Shown one piece after another: positions 60,001 through 64,000 of a stretch of 64,000 nt of DNA. Positions within the stretch are counted from its first letter, which is position 1, and each line of letters opens with the position of its first letter. Below the pieces are notes generated by a model. It did no database searches. It was not told where the DNA came from and was given only the letters and a program-made list of their open reading frames with translations. The position numbers and the translations under genes were made by a program. Source of the stretch: Azolla caroliniana. Taxonomy: Eukaryota; Plantae; Polypodiophyta. The DNA lies in the NCBI GenBank assembly GCA_043228905.1, contig JBHGNT010000015.1:8804001-8868000 (forward strand), read 5' to 3'.

Positions 60001-62879
60001 TGATCAAACTTCTCACGGAGTTTCGCGACGTATTCGCCTGGTCATACGAAGACATGCGAGGGCTGGACCCTCAATTATATCAGCATTAGATCCACTTAGG
60101 CAAGGACGCGAAACCAGTGGCGCAAAGACGTTACCGAATGAACCCCAACTACGCCGCCAAAGTGAAGGAGGAAATCGACAAACTCCTAAGAGTGGGCTTC
60201 ATCCGGCCGGTAAAGAAAGCGACGTGGCTGAGCCCCATCGTCGTCGTCCCAAAGAAGAACGGTAAAATCCGCGTGTGTGTAGATTACAGGATACTAAATG
60301 CAGCCACAATTACGGATGCATTCCCTCTTCCGTTCACGGATGGAGTACTGGATGCCGTCGCCGGCCATGAAGTTTATAGTTTTTTAGACGGGTTCAGCGG
60401 ATACAATCAAATCCGGATGCACCCTGACAACCAGGAGAAGACAGCGTTCGTCACCGAATGGGGGGTGTTTGTGGCCGAAGTAATGATGTTCGGCCTAAAA
60501 ACGGCACCAACAACTTTCCAGCGAATCATCATGGAGATCTTCGGCGAATACATTCCTGCCTTCATGCAGGTTTTCCTGGATGATTTTGCAGTCTATAGCC
60601 GGGGAAAAGACCATTTGCGGCACCTACGGTTATGCCTTGAAAAGTGTAGGTTATACCGGCTAAGCTTAAACCCAGCAAAATGCATCTTTGGGGTTTCAAG
60701 TGGAATCTTACTGGGACACATTGTAAGTAAGGAGGGCATTGCGGTCGACCCGGACAAAGTAAACGCGATACTAGGGGCACCGGCGCCGAAAACGGCCAAA
60801 GCACTAAGCCGATTCTTAGGACAGATCCGGTGGCACAGCCGGATGCTCCGTCACTTGGCTGACTTGGCTACACCATTACACACCGCGGTACATCGGACAC
60901 CGTTCCAATGGACGGATACGGAGGATAAGGCATACATTGCCCTGAAGGTACTTTTGTCGCAAGCACCCGTCGTGCAGCCTCCGGATTGGAGCAAGGAATT
61001 TCATGTGTTCGTTGACGCTTCCGACATCGCTATCGGCAGCGCCTTAATGCAACTTACGGAGCCTAAATGGTACCGGCCGGTATATTACGCCAGCCGGAAG
61101 CTGTCCCAAGCGGAGAAGAACTATTCAACGACGGAACGGGAGGCCCTGGGCATGATCTACAGTGTAACAAAGTTTCGTCATTACCTATTGGGAAGGAAGT
61201 TCTCCTTTCATGTGGATCACTCGGCGCTCCTGTACTTAGTGTCCAAGGCGTCCTTGACCGGTAAGTTGGCCCGATGGACCTTGCTGTTGCAGGAGTTCGA
61301 ATTCGAGATCTTTCACCGGCCCGGTATCCAGCATGCCGTAGCAGACTACCTGAGCCGGTTAGAGTCCGGAGAATCAGGCGACGGAGTATCGGATGAATTC
61401 CCGGACGCAGAGTTATTCCGTATCACCCCGGAAACGGCAGCGGACGACACGGTGGCATCAGAAGATAGGTGGCTGACAAACATGCACCAGTTCCTAAGCA
61501 CGGGCCTGCCACCGGAGGAAATGAACCGGGACGAGAGGAAACGACTGGCGGTGCAGAGCCGCAATTTCTGTCTGTTACGGGACACTCTCTACCACAAAGG
61601 AGCAGATGGAATATGGAGACGGGCAGTCCGTAGTGACGAGAAACAAGTAATCTTACGGGAAGCACACTGTGGGGTTGCCGGAGGACACTATGCCGGGGAA
61701 GCGACGGCAAGGAAAGTATGGCAGAGCGGCTTATGGTGGCCCACGACGTTAAAAGACGCCGTCAAGTATGCTAAGGAATGTGACCTATGCCAACGAATGG
61801 GCCAGCCTACGGAGCAAGCACGGATGACACACCAACCGGTACTTCCACTAGAGCCATTCCAGAAGTGGGGGTTGGATTTTGTCGGACCATTCAAGCCACC
61901 GGCAATGAGAACGGGTAATCGTTATGTCATCGTGGCAACAGATTATTGCACTAAATGGGTGGAGGCTAAGCCCTTGAAAGACAACACCGCGTCATCCACA
62001 GCAAAATTCCTGTACGAGAACATTTGGTGCCGATATGGATGTCCGATTGAATTAATCAGCGACCAAGGAGGGCACTTCCTTGGCCAGGTAGTTGAAAGCT
62101 TAACAACGTTCTATGCCGTGGTCCATAAACGGAGCACACCGTACTACCCACAAGCGAACGGGTTAGCAGAGTCAACCAACAAAACGCTCCAGAACATTCT
62201 CCGCAAAATCGTCAATGAAAACCGGACGGACTGGGATACAAAGCTCCATAGTGCGCTATGGGCGTACCGAACGGCATACAAAACAAGTATCCGGACAACG
62301 CCGTTCCGGTTAGCGTTCGGCTTAGAGGCGGTCATGCCGGTGGAGTTTCAGGTACCAAGCTTACGGATCCAACTACGGGAACGGCTGAATGAAAAGGAGT
62401 CGGAGGAAATGCAGCTAGCAGCACTATGCGAACTGGAGGAGCAACGGCTGGCCAGCATCCTACACATGGAACTGGAGCAACGACGACGGAAAGCGTTCGT
62501 TGACCGTCACCGGAAAGGTAATGAAAAGATGTTCGAAATCGGAAAGCCGGTGCTAGTATTCCAAACAAGGATGGGCAAGATGCCGGGTAAACTCCGGTTC
62601 AGATGGACAGGCCCATATTGGCTGACACGGGAATACAACGGGTCCTATCAGTTAGGGACACTTGCCGGTGAAGTGCTAGGCAAGTGGGTCAACGGATTTA
62701 GACTAAAGCCCTATAAAGGACCGATGCCAAGTAACCCGTTTATGCAGCCCACCGGCACTATACCGGGAACAGTACGGATGGAAGAAAAAGACGACGGGGA
62801 ACCCATAGCAGAGGCGAAGGAAGACACGGTAACCCGTAAGGAAAACGGTAAGGGTCCGAAGGGACCTACGGATGTGTAA
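57009..62879 (+). CDS. gag-pol: Gag-Pol polyprotein in a single frame, with one in-frame TAG at 60087-60089
   Basis: ORFs 57009-60089 and 60117-62879 are in frame; RVCVDYR, FLDGFSGYNQI, FLDDF, FVDAS, WGLDFVGP, SDQG, NGLAE, GPY. Confidence 0.92.
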
Positions 62880-63247
62880 GATCACATACCGTCATTAAAA
62901 AAAAAAAAAAAAAAAAGAAATCATTAAAAATTGAGGTATGAACGGACGTGTAAGCAAGGAGCAAAAAGGTACGTAGTGGGCATTTAAGAGCCGCCACATT
63001 ACTTAATACTAAATTGGTACATGACGTGCGCATGCTCGGAAAAGGCGCCAAGACGCACAGAGAAAAAGAAGAACGCATGGAGACCTTTTTCTTTCGCGAG
63101 CCAAGAAGCACAGAAGCACCAAGGCAGTGGAAGCTTAGCAAACGCGAACCTGCACTCAGAGAACCCCCACGTTCGGAACGCTCTCTCTCTCGCTCTCACT
63201 CTCATCACCACTCTACCTCGCCATCTTTCCTCGACCTCGAAGCAGAC

Positions 63248-64000
63248 ATGGAACCACAAACGCTGTCGGAAGCGGCCAGGAAATGGTTCAGGCAACACGG
63301 ACTGGATGGGTTCTTGACCATCATGGAGGCACCACCGCACAAAGAAGCCGACCGGGTCATCAGGGAGCTCGACACGGAAGTCATCACCGAGGAAGCGATC
63401 CGTGCGCTAACAGGCCTTCCGGAGGGAGGTATTTTTCAGATTGATAACCCAACCTCGGAGCAACTCATCCGATATTTCGGTGAGTACTCTGTTGCCGGCA
63501 AAGGCTATCGAACGCAGGGCGGCGAAGATCCGCTATTCAGGGAGATAGCTCGAGTGCTCCATGAGTACGGCCACGTGTACCCCCGACCCCCTGTCATGCC
63601 AAAAAATCGGGCAGGGATGATCATAGCCACCTATGAAGGGATCAAGGTGGATTGCCCGGTGTTGATTGCAGACGGTTTGTGCGCGGCAATCGACACGGTA
63701 CGAGGAAAGGACGGCAAGGAGGGCCGGAAGCTGTGGCATGCCGTAGCTCAGTGGATAACATTGCTCGTGCCGCCGGTCGAGACCGTTCAGCCAAAGAAGC
63801 GGCCAAGATTATCGGAAGGAAGCACTTCGAAACCCGCGTCCAAACGGCAGCAACTGCTGGCGTCAAAGGCGACGAAAGGGAAGAGACGGCTCCCAGAACC
63901 GGAGGAGGTGTCACCGGTGGGACCCGTTAAGATAACCATATGGAGACCGGGACAGAAGGAACCGGAACCCTTGAGCGCACAGAAACATGCCGTTACCCAG
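63248..64000 (+). CDS. Extra post-pol ORF, N-terminal part (plant-mobile-domain/transposon-protein-like); open to the window end
   Basis: Own translation: MEPQTLSEAARKWFRQHGLDGFLTIMEAPP...VITEEAIRALTGLPEGG...GIKVDCPVLIADGL...; no stop, hence absent from the ORF track. Confidence 0.75.
   Translation, partial: MEPQTLSEAARKWFRQHGLDGFLTIMEAPPHKEADRVIRELDTEVITEEAIRALTGLPEGGIFQIDNPTSEQLIRYFGEYSVAGKGYRTQGGEDPLFREIARVLHEYGHVYPRPPVMPKNRAGMIIATYEGIKVDCPVLIADGLCAAIDTVRGKDGKEGRKLWHAVAQWITLLVPPVETVQPKKRPRLSEGSTSKPASKRQQLLASKATKGKRRLPEPEEVSPVGPVKITIWRPGQKEPEPLSAQKHAVTQ

Larger units (their letters stand above)
56537..64000 (+). mobile_element. Family A Gypsy element, near intact (5' LTR 56537-56955, PBS at 56962); runs off the right edge
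   Basis: LTR homologous to 41248; gag-PR-RT-RH-INT; no chromodomain; extra 3' ORF. Confidence 0.95.

Noticed and set aside
60087-60089. Programmed stop-codon readthrough between gag-PR and RT
   Set aside because: The homologous codon in the sister copy (about 44773) is CAA and the frame is continuous, so this is best read as a nonsense mutation.
62897-62916. Poly(A) run as the tail of a retroposed insert
   Set aside because: No associated element body or clear TSD; treated as a homopolymer in the spacer between pol and the extra ORF.

Overview
Eukaryotic, almost certainly plant DNA (a non-seed plant such as a bryophyte is my inference, not proven). It is a deeply nested pile of LTR retrotransposons with no recognisable host gene; most short ORFs in the track are off-frame noise. 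Five groups were resolved. (A) Non-chromovirus Ty3/Gypsy with ~420-bp LTRs and an extra 3' ORF: 1-2170, 41248-47246, 56537-end. (B) tRNA-Trp-primed Gypsy family with 4-bp target duplications centred on CG: nine insertions, mostly gag-only elements or solo LTRs, plus one RH-INT-bearing relative. (C) Chromodomain-bearing Tcn1/Tf1-like Gypsy, apparently self-priming, with heat-shock elements in its LTRs, inside a segmental duplication. (D, E) Two Ty1/Copia families. Four signals stand out. 13 tRNA-like A-box/B-box modules sit antisense in the LTRs of two unrelated Gypsy lineages. A tRNA-Arg 3'-end copy (an inverted PBS) replaces the polypurine tract of family A, which suggests tRNA-primed plus-strand synthesis. 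A type I hammerhead ribozyme lies at 20949-21007 in an unclassified pyrimidine-rich insert. Family B targets CpG sites. All calls are by-eye reading; no searches were run.
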